A stretch of DNA of 64,000 nt from Octopus sinensis (taxonomy: Eukaryota), in contig NC_042998.1 in the NCBI RefSeq assembly GCF_006345805.1, positions 123,008,001-123,072,000 on the forward strand, given 5' to 3'. This document shows, piece by piece, positions 1 to 13,774 of this stretch (position 1 is its first letter; the number at the start of each line of letters is the position of its first letter). The notes under the pieces are model-generated. The model worked only from the letters and a program-made list of their open reading frames with translations, made no database searches and had not been told where the DNA came from. The position numbers were made by a program, and so were the translations under genes.

Positions 1-703
1 TTTAAACAAACACCTTAATGACAGTGTGAAATCTCACCTGACAGAGGAAATCTTCGAGACAGAAAATAAACTCAAAAATCTCGCATGAAAAAGAAAGAGA
101 AGATAGAAATATAAAAGGAAATCCTAAAGCCTTCTACACGTTGGCAGATGGGTCTCCCTCAGTACGCTATAATATATGGTCACTATTTGGTAAAAACAGC
201 TCACTAACTGCTGACCCGGGGAAGATAAGTGAAGCACTAAATAAACAATTCGGAAGTGTTTTCACTTCTCCACCGGAAATATGAAAATAAACAAGCCGAA
301 GGCGTTTTTCAATGTAACGAATCTATTCCGAAAATATACAACCATCAATTACATCAACACAGCAGAAGAGGATGTAATATCGGCCATTGATGAGATGAAC
401 TCAAACTCAGCAACAGGCCCAGATGAACGTCTGGCTGTTCCCTTAAATACATGTAAAAAGGCTCTTGCAAAGCCACTGCAGATACTATTTCAGAGTTTCC
501 TTGCATGTAGTAAACTTCCAAAAATGCTATAAGAGGGAATAATATGTCCTGTCCATAAAGGCGGGAGCACAGCAGATGCTAAAAACTACAGGCCCATCTC
601 TCTGACCTCACATGTTGACAAGACAATGGAACGTTCCTAAATGAAAACAACATTGCTTCCGTCCAGGGAGAAGCTACTTCACACAGTTGCTGCATCACTT
701 TGA
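1..703 (+). mobile_element. Degenerate CR1/L2-group LINE fragment (RT N-terminal region)
   Basis: Broken frames read KQFGSVFTS, SAIDEMNSNSATGPD, IICPVHKGGSTADAKNYRPISLTSHV and (G)FRPGRSYFTQLLHHFD, which are APE-LINE RT motifs; stops and deletions are present. Confidence 0.7.
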
Positions 704-705
704 CA

Positions 706-727
706 GGATTCGATTCCAAGCAGTGAT

Positions 728-786
<59 letters not shown>

Positions 787-1124
787 TAATAATAATAATA
801 TAATATAATAATAATATAATAATAATAATAATAATATAATAATAATAATATAATATAATAATAATAATAATAATAATAATGATGATGATGATAATAATAA
901 TAATAATAACAACAACAACAACGACATCAAAACATCAACAACATCGAAAAATACATTAGAAATGAGAAGTCAGGTTCGAAATTTCCCCAAGACACCTGAT
1001 GAAAGCTAAAGGGTATATCAGCCGAAACATTGTGTTAAAAACAAACAAGATGAGGGCAAATATCAGTCAAATGTAAATGATATAAATAATGTACATAATT
1101 CCTCATCTCTTAAATATAGAACTG
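706..1124 (+). mobile_element. Hammerhead-tailed tRNA-SINE, 5'-truncated copy
   Basis: B-box remnant GATTCGATTCC, then CAGTGATCTGAAT, (AAT)n/(AAC)n at 731-925, and a tail shared with 33470-33640(-), 39645-39825 and 60730-60835. Confidence 0.75.
991..1036 (+). ncRNA. Minimal type I hammerhead motif (degenerate)
   Basis: GACAC-CTGATGA-A-stem II-GAAAC-ATT-GTGTT; helix I is GACAC/GTGTT; helices II and III are mutated. Confidence 0.5.
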
Positions 1125-1631
1125 AATGGAACGCATTGTCAGAAAAAACCCGATCACGTTCCTAAATGAAAACAACATTATTATTGAGTGAGAGAGCAGT
1201 GCTTGCCATCAAAGTGACACTGGGGTAAAATATACGAAGCCCAGTATACCCATCATGATTACCCGTCTGATAAGGGTACACTAGGCATACGCATCACAAC
1301 CATATGAGTGCGAGATGATTATCTCATATCAAGATAAACAGCGCATGACCTTGCAGGTGGGGCCCAGTTAGAATTTTCTTCTGGTCGAGTAGCCCATTCC
1401 ACTCAAAATGTCACTGAATAAGGATTGCTTAAGGATTTTGAACGAACCACCCATGTTTCCAAATGTCAATTATCAAAACCTCTAATAATTCCTTTCAACA
1501 CACTGTTATGATGCATCCCCACTACTTCTGCTCATGATCAGAGATGCACATAGCGTCAGCCACCAAGGGAGTGCTCAACTGGTTAGGGTCAAACAACTGA
1601 CAGGCAAATATGTGGTATTGAGCAGAATTTT

Positions 1632-1823
1632 TGCTTAGCATTGTTTCGCCCGTCGCTCGCTACGTTCTGAGTTCAAATTCCCCTAAGGTCGACTTGGCCT
1701 TTCATCCTTTCGGAGCCGATAACTTAAGTACCAGTGAAACACTATGGTCGATGTAATCGACTAGTACCCTCCCCCAAACTTTCAGGCCTTGTGGCTATAA
1801 TAGAAATGATTATCATTATTATT
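1632..1823 (+). mobile_element. SINE family A, 5'-truncated
   Basis: TTCTGAGTTCAAATTCC B-box, CCTTTCATCCTTTCG body and (ATT) tail; at least 7 copies in the window. Confidence 0.8.
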
Positions 1824-1955
1824 AAGGCGGCGAGCTGGCAGAATCGGTAGCACTCTGGACAAAATGCTTAGCAGCATTTCGTTTGTCTTTCTGAGTTCAA
1901 ATTCCGCCTAGGTCGTCTTTGCTTTTCATCCTTTCGGGGTCACTAAAATCAGTAC
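1824..1955 (+). mobile_element. SINE family A, head and body (tandem with previous copy)
   Basis: GGCGGCGAGCTGGCAGAATCG A-box-like head, GAGTTCAAATTCC B-box, CTTTTCATCCTTTCGGGGTC. Confidence 0.8.
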
Positions 1956-3229
1956 ATGTCATTCTAAGTACTTCTGTATATATATGTTATACGCACACAT
2001 TCACACACGTATGCACATAAGTGATATAGTTGCATTTGTGTATATGTGCTCTTGTGTGAGTTTGCGTTTAAATGCACCCCTTTTAATCATATCAAAAACT
2101 CTAAACGAAAATATTTCCATTCTGAATTATGTGGTAGTTAACATCACGGAACAAATTTTTTTAACCTTGGGATAAAAGTGAAGAAAAAGAAAAAAAAATG
2201 ATGAAAGAGGAAAACCATAATTAATGCAGTTACTTTTAACACGTCAAATATATATCAATCTTAGAACAGTCTAAACGAAAGGTGTAGATTGTACTAGATG
2301 GCTTCATCGGCTTATTTTAAAAGCGACGACAGCTATAGATATCGGCAGACATAAGTTTATTCTGATAACAACGGAATGTTATCTCTCCAGAAATGTGGTT
2401 AAGGTCAGTGCCAAGATTTTGGCAGTAAACGATGTTTTTTAAACGGCTCCATCTGATATCTTCAACATTACTCTCTGTGATGTCAGATGTGAAAAAAGAG
2501 GAGGGTCATGAATGTTGAACCCCTGCGCGAGAAGATATTTGGTAAAAAAAAACAGATAATAAAAAAGATCAGAAACAACGAAACAATATCTATTTTACAG
2601 GAAACATAGACCGTAATAATAATTAAATCAATCTGTGGTACATATACATACACACATCCACACAGTGAACATATTTTAAACATAAATTCATTCACAAACT
2701 TAAAAATACGCACGAAACAATGAAAGTTGTCAATTTTCAAAATAGTCACTAAAATAAATAATAAGGAAAAGACGTGTGTGTGCACGACGTGAGGATAGAA
2801 TATGCGTAGGTATTTTTCTTTATCGATGAATATGTCAATGTATTTTTATGAGTATTGTGGTATTTGAGGTTAGCTGTGTGAATCAGTGTTGCGATGTGGG
2901 CATGTGGTTATTTCGAAAAAATTTGAGTGTATTTCTTAGGAAACTTATGGGTCTGTATGATGTAACGACACATGAGCTATTGTTGACTTTCAAAATTTTG
3001 ATAAGTAATTCCTGTTATCAAATTTGAAAGATTTAGCAGTTTTCGTGCGAGTAATTTTGGATGCTAGTGAATAGAGGCCTGCGTATTTTTAGGTTAGGTT
3101 TAGGATTTGATCATACCCTGATGTTTCTTATTCAACTAAGTTAGTTATCGATAATGTTTGTGATTATGAATTTTTTTTTAATACCCTAAATGGCATTTTA
3201 TAATCCTTTATTGTTATTGTCTTCAGCTG

Positions 3230-3540
3230 CATCATCATGCATCCGTTCTTTTGTGAGAGTAAAACATGATTTACTACGATGACGGGTGAATACTGAGTGA
3301 CTTCAACACAGAATATCATGGAGTTACTCATACCAAGAATTAGGCCATTCGAGAGCAGAATTACGTGAACGATGTAATCACGGAATATCAAAAGCATAAG
3401 TTACGTAGGGCTGGGTATATTGCAATACTCACAGGCAACAGGTAGACTCATGTATTATTCGAGTGGTGTTTAAGAAATCTGAATAAACTCACCGGAAGTC
3501 TTCCAAGAGGATGGAAATTTATATAGAATAAATAGTCCAG
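3230..3540 (+). mobile_element. Degenerate RTE-clade LINE 3' fragment
   Basis: Frame KLRRAGYIAILTGNR*THVLFEWCLRNLNKLTGSLPRGW resembles the RTE C-terminal KLRWAGH..R..D.RW...EW.P....GRP..RW motif. Confidence 0.5.
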
Positions 3541-3850
3541 GCCGAAATAGAATAGTGCAGTCAACAGAACAATGGAAACGCATTATAACATCGATATATA
3601 AGGACACGTGATAGTCTGGACTACAGGGCGATATGACGATGTTTCTCTATTTCTGAAGTAGACAGCTGAAATGAGAGATATCAAGAAGGAACATGTATGT
3701 AGCCTAAAGACCTATTTCTGGTAGGTGGTTAAATTTACTCTTCACTATTAGACATACAGCTATAACTGCGCACACCTATATAGAACCCTGTAATAACTAA
3801 TACCTCTGTCTAACTATTTCTCTATTAACTATTTATGAATTATATGTGTA

Positions 3851-3854
<4 letters not shown>

Positions 3855-3936
<82 letters not shown>

Positions 3937-3985
3937 ATATAGATATATACAAATATATAATATATGTATATATATATATATATTA
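3855..3985. repeat. (TA)n/(TG)n compound microsatellite
   Basis: Read directly. Confidence 0.95.
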
Positions 3986-4179
3986 TTCAAAGAAATTCCA
4001 ACTCTACATTTTATATTTTATTTATATTCTTTATAATATTAATGTAGAATATAAATATATAGTATATATAGTATATATAGTAAAATGAAATGAATTGTTG
4101 ATTCTCTAGACAATCAATATATAAATGCTCTAATATTTTCAGACCCTTGGATTTTAACCTCATTCTGAAAAATATTTTA

Positions 4180-4233
<54 letters not shown>

Positions 4234-4293
4234 GTTGCTTGTTGTTATACACCTGACTTCGACATTTGTTTTTCTGTAAATTTCAACTATATA

Positions 4294-4366
4294 TACGTAT
4301 GTATGTATGTATGTATGTATGTATGTATGTATGTATGTATGTATGTATGTATGCATGTATGTATGT
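4294..4366. repeat. (TATG)n microsatellite at the 3' junction of an R4-like element
   Basis: Read directly. Confidence 0.95.
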
Positions 4367-5288
4367 CATTATTCAGTTTTATTTCAAGATTTCTTGCCAA
4401 TAGAGAAACTTCCAGTTCTAACCTAGATCCAAGAGTCCATCATTGGAGTTTCAATATTAATGATATTTTTGTACGGATGTATATATGCACATTTGTATGT
4501 TTGTTTTATCTATGTATTCCCATGTATATTGTTGTATATCTAGATATGCTCATATATACTTAAATGATAAACGACTGGAAAGTTTTACAGATTTTTACAA
4601 TTCCAGTGATGGACTGGGTCTTCGAATCAGTTTTCTCCTTTCTGGTTTTGAGAAGCTAAATTTCTCAATATCGGACTTTTGGCAGTGTATTAGATATTCC
4701 AGTGCCCCAATAATTACAGGTATAAACCTGAACTTGTAATCTGGATAGAGTAACTGCACATCGCTCAATAGTTCAGCATAGATATTTTCTTTTTTACTGA
4801 TTTTTAGCATTATGTCAATATTCTCTGGGCAGCCGATTTCCACAACAGTTTCTCTTTTCTATCCAAATCATTATTTCAGGTCTATTGTGCTTACATTTTA
4901 TCGAGGTTTACCCTGGGACATTCCACCGGCACTCCTTTTTATTATGAGTGACAGTGGCTTTATCCAAACTGTGCGTTCTTATTTCTTTGTCCCCAGGGTT
5001 ATTCTTTCGACGGACCTCGTTATACAGTGTCCTAACTACAACCTCATATCTCATCGGTAGATTAAACCATGATGACATTTTCGGACAACTGCGTATGATG
5101 TGGGCGAAATCTTTGGCGTTAATTCCACAAAGTCTGCATCGGTTGTCACATTTTGTTGCTCTTCTGCATCCTTTGTTCCTCAGGTATTTAGATGGTATTT
5201 CCTGTTTCTGGAGCGCAGGCGCACACCCTTCAAAATGGGAGGTAGCAATCCAGTTGTTAGTCCATGATAGATTGCTTTGATGAGCAAT
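4367..5288 (-). mobile_element. 5'-truncated R4/Dong-like (RLE) non-LTR retrotransposon in (CATA)n
   Basis: Minus strand reads SHFEGCAPALQKQEIPSKYL, CDNRCRLCGINAKDFAHIIRSCP (knuckle), KHNRPEIMIWD..EIGCP..KISKKENIY (PD-(D/E)xK-like) and QSITGIVKICKTF ending in a stop near 4560; (TATG)n lies on both sides. Confidence 0.8.
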
Positions 5289-8200
5289 GTATGTATGTAT
5301 GTGTTTATGTATTTACGTATGTATGTACTACGTACATACATACACTCATACATGTATAAATACACACACATATATATATATATACCCAAAGTTACATAAT
5401 AAGGATCTAAAATTTGTTTATCTTTATCTCTGCCAGTTTGTCCTCCACCAATAATAATCTACAATTACAATCATTGGTGATGGCATCACTATTCATGAAT
5501 TGATTTCAATCAATTATAATTGATTTTCTCTATGGATGTATTCAGACTTAAACAGCTGAATGCATGTTGAAATTTCTATACACTCTACGTCACTATTTAT
5601 GAATATTCTCCCGTTCTGTCCCTCACTCCCAGCATATGCCTTAGACACTGGGAACGAATTCCAATCCCAACTGACATACTTCAACCAGCTCCTTTAACAT
5701 AGAATATTTCGCATACTCTCTATCACAGTTTCTTTTATCAGTTTTTATCAAGCTGTCAGAACAGCTTTATCATTACAGAAAGACCCTCTTTGTATACTTT
5801 GAGAGACTTATTGATTCTAGTTAAATGTCTTGTAAAGAGTTTTCAACAAAAAAATGTTTTTATTTCATTTATCTTTTCCATTTCTTTTCCGGAATTCTAA
5901 TAGTAATCATTCTGTTTGCTTCAAAAGCTTGTAATCAATCCCTATAGATTTGCTTCGTTCTTGATCCATGTCCCTGTAATCAGCCTATATGAGTTGCTTT
6001 TGAATATTTTCTTCAATACTGAATTTTTATAAGTCAGACAAAATATCAGCGCTGAATTTGTATGAAATAGAAGACAAATCAATAAATCCGACTTTTATCA
6101 TCTCCCTTTTCTCTCGTCTCTCGATCTTCCTATTCTCCATGTCATTTTTCCTCATCTGTTATGCTTCCTTAAATGCCGTCATATTTCAATCGCGTAGTTC
6201 ATTTCTTAATATCTGCCCCTTTACGGTAGCATTCACGATGCATTATCATTTTCCTTTCTTTCTCTGGTTATATAATTTTATATGATTATCTAAATATATT
6301 CTGGCATTTTATTTTCTCTATTTCGTTTCCCACTTCCATAATTTAATCTTATACTCTTATCCTTTCAGAAATATTTTGTTCTGCTTCCCAGCCTTTCTAT
6401 AGAATTATTTTTATCTATTCCATCACTGTTTCCCCGTTTATCTCACTTAGTTACGTCACTACTATTCTTGTTTGTTTTAAGTGTATATACTATTGTATTC
6501 GCTATTTTATCGGCTTATCCCTCCATTTCAGTCCTACTTTCTAGAAACCAATATGTCGCTCACTGTCTAGAGGATTTCTACATAAATTTCATAATACAAT
6601 TCAGTGAAAACCCTACATTTCCTTTATAGCCACGAACAAGAACTAACCCTTAAACATTCTTATTTACGATAGTAAACTATACTTAATGTCTTTAAATTTG
6701 TGATCAATGAATAAAAATTACCTTTCCTTCGCCCGGGTTGACAAAATAAAGTAGCAGCCAAGTATTGTGAAGGAAGTAATCGAATGATACTGGCGTTTCG
6801 CGTACGTTTTCAAGCAATGATGCAGCAGCTGAGTATCCCAAACGAATCTGTTTGTGTTACTTGAGATTTAAAGGGAAGATGAGGCTGTAAGCCTCAAAGG
6901 ACACACTGTTCCTCATAGAATCAGCAACAGCATATATTATTAGCTTTGTAAGACGTTATAATGGAGCAGTATTACACAAATGTTGTTGTGTCTTGTACCT
7001 AGCCCGTAGTAAGTCGACAGGAAACGAATTTGTATTTGCATGTCCAAACTCGACCTTTTTGTCTCAAAACAAGTAACACAATAAACATAGTATGCTTCTT
7101 TAAATATCTGAAGCTTAGCTAAGATATTTAATAGTACCTTTAAAAAAATGAAATAAGCATCGATCAGCAAAGTTAATCGAGTAATAGAGCTCGTGGCAAA
7201 ATAGTTACCTTATTAACTGTATATCTTCTTTATATAAATTAATACGATAGAGAAATAGTAATCTATGTTGGGGATTTCAGACAAGTGATTAATCTTACTT
7301 CATCTAAGATGTTAATTTACGATTAACTTCTAAAGTTTTACTTATATCCAAACTATTTATTCTTGTCCGGGTATTATTCCTGTCTCTCTTTATTTACGTA
7401 TCATATGGTTTTATAATCTATCTTTTTTGACCGTTCCCCTGGTGCCATTCCTTATCAGACGAGCACTATAGTCATTAATCATATTTTATCAAAGAAACTT
7501 TAAATTTCTGATATTTTTAAAAATAACATATTTATCTATGTTATCTTCTTGTGATAAAATTTGACCTCTTCGCTGTAAATTTTAATCCCCACTCATCCCT
7601 CCATCACCAGCAAAATATTTCTATCAATAATATCAATACAATCACTATCAAGCAGTGCTGCAAGCAAAATCATCAACATAATCGGCAATGTAGTTGCTGT
7701 GAAATGGAAGCAAACATCTCCGTTATTTCCAACTATAATTTCAGCAGCCAAATTCTGTTCCATCCAATAAATGGAAACTTTCGTTTATTGCAAAATATAT
7801 CAAAATAACGATTTTATCATGAACTCTATAGAGTGTTTACAACTATATGGTGTCAAATGTTGAAAGCTAAATCCATAATCATTAGTCTAGAATGTATAAC
7901 AGGCCAAATTAAACACATTGTGAGAACTCTAGATTTCAAACGCATTAATAAATACTGGTCAAGGCTGTTGAACGTCACATGGCAGAAGTTAATCACATGA
8001 TCACGTATTTATATGTGATAGAAGACGGACGATATATATGGATACATAGATGTAATCAAAATTGATATATCTAACATAAGTTAAATCTATTAGACAACTT
8101 TAGACGACATTCCCTCGTGTCTATTTCATCAGGGTTAATCTTGACATAACACTTTTTCAGAACACCCTTAAGTATGAACTATATATATATATATATATAT

Positions 8201-8317
8201 ATATACCTCAACTTTAGAATAAAAGAAAAAAATATATATACACACACAAATACTACACTCCATAGAATCCATTACTAATCAGCCCCTTCATAGCTATATT
8301 TACACCCATTCATATTC

Positions 8318-8580
8318 TCCCTTCTCTGTTTTTTTCTTCTTCTTCTTCTTCCTCTTCTTCTTCATCATCATCGTTATCATCATCATCGGCATCATCATCA
8401 TCGCCACCATCATCACCACCATCTTCTCCTTCTCCTCCTTCTTCTTCTTCTTCTTCTTCTTCTTCTTCATCATCATCGTTATCATCATCATCGTCGTCAT
8501 AATCATCACCACCATCACCATCATCGTCATCTTCTCCTTCTCCTTCTCCTTCTTCTTCTTCTTCTTCTTCTTCTTCTCCA
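8318..8580. repeat. Compound (TCT)/(TCA)/(CCA) trinucleotide repeat, internally duplicated
   Basis: Read directly; it produces the poly-E/D and poly-K/M pseudo-ORFs. Confidence 0.9.
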
Positions 8581-8599
8581 CCCCTACCCCTTAAGTTTG

Positions 8600-9015
8600 T
8601 CACTAATGTTTTTTAGTATAACACCTACGCTAATTCTATAAACAAGCCTGTCAATATAAATATTCTCCTGAATTGAACTGAGACTGCCAGCCGCCACTGA
8701 CCATTCAAAATACGACCATCAGGGCACTCCCAGATTCTCCCACCCCCCTTTCCTCACCAGCCTTCCCTCTACTACCCTACCAAGAACTCACAACTACCTC
8801 GAACACACAAGTGCAAACAAGGGAGTCAGAGAAAGGCAGAATGCCACTTAAATCTGAACACTACTATAGAATATTCTTTTAAAAAAACTTTTCTTCTAAT
8901 TTTTCTAAATTTAATTATTTAATCGTTACAGTTGAAAAGGTCTCAAAATGACCGAAACCGGTACTGAAATGTTCACTATAAAATTATTTTAGCATTTTCT
9001 ATTTTTTACTTGTTT

Positions 9016-9018
<3 letters not shown>
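8600..9018 (+). mobile_element. Penelope-like element 3' tail (pLTR remnant) ending in (TA)n
   Basis: 8614-8645 matches the reverse complement of 26359-26390 (29/32), which lies in the tail of the PLE at 26-28 kb; the two share a hammerhead and downstream sequence. Confidence 0.65.
8926..8969 (+). ncRNA. Type I hammerhead motif, U3/A8 core variant
   Basis: TTACAG-TTGAAAA-GGTC(tcaaaat)GACC-GAAAC-CG-GTA-CTGAAA. Confidence 0.6.
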
Positions 9019-9082
<64 letters not shown>

Positions 9083-9988
9083 CTTTACGTTATTCATTAT
9101 CAACATATCTTAGATACCCTGTCTGATGAATATAATTCTTTACCAGGCGGAGTAGAAATTTCTTATTAAAATTCATATTATAGTTATTTCACTTTATATA
9201 CCTTACGTAAATCACCTGAGAAACGATAACATTTCAGAAGATCTCGATTGTAGCACATCCAAGTATTAAGAAAGCGTCGAAATGTTAAAAGCATAATTTT
9301 CTGCCAAAAAAAAGTTATGACTAGCATTCAATGTGTACTTACTACAATATAGTTTTAATTGAAATGTCACAAGTAACTTTTAAAATAATAACAATGGATG
9401 TCATAACTTCTCGAGTATCATGAGTGTAAATATGCATATAAGTATGGGCCACTGTGCACAGGGCTGTAAGGACACGAGTATCCTATGTTGAGCTGGCCTT
9501 TCTTAAATACGTGTATGTATATACCTATGTCTGTCAGTTGATATCTATTATATGTATTAATGGTAGTATGCGTATTTGTATTCACCTCTATGCTGTGTTT
9601 GTGTGTGATTTGTGTTTATGAAATGATTGCATTTACATGGGAATGCTTATACAACAATGCCCCCTATTCCTGTCTTTAATTTTGGGTTTTTATCAGAGTC
9701 GACTTTATATCGTGGTGTATAGGTGTGTGTATGTAGGATATGTATTTATGTATAGGAGTCTGAGCACATGTTATATCGGATGTGCGTCCGAAAAATGTTT
9801 CGCATATAAATCTCAGTACGATACCGCATGTTTGTGACCTTATGAGTAATTGCCTACGTGTGTGTATTCATTGAGAATGATTCAATGCATAAATGTGGAT
9901 AAAACTGATGGATTGGATTAGAAAGATGTGCGCGCACATGTATGTGTGTGTGCGTGTGTGCGTGTGTGTGCGTGCGTATGTATGTGTG

Positions 9989-10040
<52 letters not shown>

Positions 10041-11075
10041 AATGCGCATGTACGTTCAGAGTATGTACATTTCGAATTAGCGGCAGTAAATAATCATTTT
10101 CCGATATATACATAACTGTTGAAATGTTTCTTGAATGGTGTGCATATTCAAAAACTCAAAGGATATTATTTTACAATGATGGTTGTAATCTTAAAATAAC
10201 ATTTGCTATGGTTTTATCAATGCTAAAAGTTTCTTTACCTTAAACGCCCCATTAAACACCACACCCTAATCCTTCTAGTTCCAAAATAACTGCTTTTCAG
10301 CCTTCTCCCTAGGGCCAGTGTAAATCATAAATTGAGGATGAGTATCAATAGCAGTCTCACCACTATGTTGGTATTGATAGTAATAGTAAATATTATCGAA
10401 TATTATTAAAATACCGCTTGCTTAACTTCAAACATACCATCATCAACAAATCTATGACTGTGTAACTGCATCAGAAATCAATGTGTTTATGGGCATGAAT
10501 ACATTTGTCACGTCTAGGTGTATAAATGTGCAGTTTTAATGTGTAAATACATACGTGTGGAAACCGCTGATCTGTTTGTGTATATAGACTTTAACTACTC
10601 TGAATTTCATTCAAAGCTATGTTCCTTCTTTCTAATGGTCAAGTTTAATAGGAATGACGTATTGACACGGCTCACATGTTGCTAGAAATGTATAATATTT
10701 AAGTGTAACGGCATATGTTAGACACGATTGGGTTGTTACTGTGCTGTTTTACATGATTATGTACTTCTATGGGTAAGCATGAGAATAGAATTGGGGCTTG
10801 AGCAAATGCACCATTATACACATCTCTTTGTGTATGCATATTTGAAAGATGTGTATAATGTATGTATTTCCATTTTGTCAGCTCATTAATTTAAAAATAT
10901 ATATCTTAGTGAGAATGTATGCATGTGTGTGTTTTTGATTGCTCCTGCACCAGTCTTTGATTGTTTATGCCTGTCTGCCCATGTAGCTGTCTAATGCGTG
11001 TATACTTCTACATGTGTATGTATGTAAAATCTCTTCTATTTAGTGTTTTCAAGCGACCCGAAATAATGGATTTTA

Positions 11076-11212
11076 TTTTGCCTTTCATCCTTTCGGGGTC
11101 GATAAATAAAGAACCAGTTACGTACTGGGGTCAGTATATAATCGACTTAATCCCTTTGTCTGTCCTTGTTTGTCCCCTCTGTGTTTAGCCCCTTGTGGGC
11201 AATAAAGAAATA
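11076..11212 (+). mobile_element. SINE family A 3' half with alternative tail
   Basis: TTTGCCTTTCATCCTTTCGGGGTCGATAAA...TGTTTAGCCCCTTGTGGG; same tail as 33240-33310(-). Confidence 0.75.
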
Positions 11213-11992
11213 TATTATTTGAAACCAGTTTATCCTACTGAAAAGGATGAAAATGTAACAATTTCAAAGTCAGTACAACAAAGATTAAAAGCTAATCCGA
11301 ATATTGCTTCTGCAGCTTCAGAAGGTAAAAGTACTTATACTTTTAAAGTTGCTTTTTATTCATGCTTAAGAAACTTTTCGAGGTTCCAGGGCAAATGGAT
11401 TCAAATAGGTCTAACTCTTGCTCATGAGATACTTCAACAACATCAAACGTTATTTAAGAATCTACCCGCTGATCTATATGGCATTCTGGAAAAATGGTCA
11501 TTTTGACATTTATGACAAACATTTTTTCCAATGAAGCTGAAGTTACCAACGCGTTGAAGTACGTATTCGAGATCGAAGGGAGTAACATATCAACGGAGAA
11601 TCTTGAACTGAACATCGGGCTGTCGTCAGGCTATGAAGGTTACCAATCAACTTCATAAAACAGTTTCTCTCTCTTTCAATATAAGTAATATAGCGAAAAC
11701 ATATACTGTAATTTGCTCTCTGTGCTTTTGTTAGAAGTTAAAATGTGATGTAATAGGGTCAGATAAAGGTTAAATACTAATTCCATTCCTTTGACGGCAT
11801 TGAACTCTGTAACTAACGATGCCAAGTTAGAGAAGAATCGAAATTTTCTTTAATGATGAATTCACTTTGGTTGAAATGATTATGTCCTGTTTCTTTGCTT
11901 GCATGTTAAAAGCAAACATTTATCTCAATGTTTAGGAGAATATAATAGGGTAAGGATTTAATACCGTTAAGCCATACCCAGTTCCTAGTCAA

Positions 11993-12190
11993 TAGGAGCT
12001 GGCTGGCAAAAATGTTAGCAAGCCGGGCGAAATGCTTAGCGGTATTTCGTCTGTCTATACGTTCTGAGTTCAAATTCCGTCGAGGGCGATTTTGCCTTTC
12101 ATTCTTTCGGGGTCGATAAATTATATACCAGTTGCGTACTGGGGTCGATTGGCCCCCTCCCTTGTACCTAGAGTAGAAAATTATATTATA
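11993..12190 (+). mobile_element. SINE family A
   Basis: GCCGGGCGAAATGCTTAGCGGTATTTCG...GTTCTGAGTTCAAATTCC...GGGGTCGAT. Confidence 0.8.
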
Positions 12191-12344
12191 TAAATTTAAT
12201 ATAGCCATATTCTATATGTGATTGTAAAAATATATAAAAAATGGTTCTAGCTAGGTTGGCTACAGTTTCTGAGAAGAAAATTACATCCAATGTAGTTTTA
12301 ATGCAGATTATATGACTTATAGTTTCGGTCTGTTGGCAATGGCG

Positions 12345-12870
12345 ACATCAATGATGATGATACGATGATCATAATGAATACGATAATCATGATGATGATC
12401 ATGGTGAAGATGCTGATGACGGTAATGATCATGGTGATGAGGATGTTGACCATAATAAAGTCGATGATAGTGATGACGATTAAGAAGCTAATGAGAATTT
12501 CGAGGACAGCGATAACGACGGTGACATTAAAGTTAATCATGAATTTGATGAGGATCGCGATGACTCTAATGATAATTGAGAATTAATGACACCGACAACG
12601 ATTACGATGATGTTAATCTTCACTACGAAAAAGACGGCAAAATGACGAAAACGATGACGACTACAACGAAAGGAAGACGACGTTTATGACGATGACGTTG
12701 TTGCTACTGTTGCTGGAAGTTACTGGAGCTTCTACTGCTGCTACCGCTTTCTCCACGGGTGCGCTGTTATTGTTGCTACCGCTGCTGCTGCTACGGCTGC
12801 TGTTAGCAATGATGATGATGTTGATGACATTGACATTTCTGACAATTTTGGCAACGTAAAGTAAAGCAAT
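12345..12870. repeat. Degenerate (GAT)/(GAC)/(GCT) low-complexity tract
   Basis: Read directly. Confidence 0.85.
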
Positions 12871-13244
12871 AGAGATCATAGGAACAATAACTTAAATCAT
12901 TCAGTTGAAGCTAGTTTATATTTCAGAGTTATTTCTTTAAATCCATTCAGGGACATTCATGCGTCTTACATCGTATATATTATTATTTTGTTTATAATAA
13001 AATCCTTCCTGACACTGCAATAGTTTTGCAAATATTAAATATCAGAAATGCAAACTATTAACATAAAAATGTGATATTATTGAGATAATAGTGATAAAGT
13101 CTTTGTATGGTCTCAGACATTTCATTGATAAATCGACTTCTAACTTCCTTATTTTGATGGAAATAAGAATACACACACGCGCACGGAAGCAGTCACATAC
13201 ACATGCCCGCTCACAAAAAAGTATACATTTATATGTGTATGCAT

Positions 13245-13304
13245 GTATGAAAGTATATATATATGGTATTTTAATATCATCCCTATATAGTTATTTATAT
13301 ACTA

Positions 13305-13384
<80 letters not shown>

Positions 13385-13485
13385 TATATATAAATGACTG
13401 TATAGGCACATACATAAGCACATACAAATATATATGCATATACACGCTTATATATATGTATATATATATGTTTATATATACATAC

Positions 13486-13517
<32 letters not shown>

Positions 13518-13710
13518 GAGTATGTATAAGTATATACATGTATGTGTATTAGCAGATTTAAATATATACTTATATACATCTGTATACAGCTATATATAAT
13601 TGTAAACACTCACACACACACACACGCACGCGCACACACAGACACATACACACACACACATATATATATATATATGTATATATTCATATATACAAATACA
13701 TGCATATGTA

Positions 13711-13774
<64 letters not shown>

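Noticed and set aside
1185-1630. GC-richer block that looks like an interspersed repeat
   Set aside because: No second copy or diagnostic motif in the window, so it cannot be classified.
5400-6500. Possible very old LINE remnant
   Set aside because: No recognisable RT or endonuclease motif could be read in any frame.
8300-8603. Acidic poly-E/D ORF resembling a nucleolar or chaperone tail
   Set aside because: It lies wholly within a compound trinucleotide repeat adjoining a PLE tail, with no unique coding flank.
9123-9170. CTGATGA followed by GAAAT
   Set aside because: No convincing helix I, II or III.
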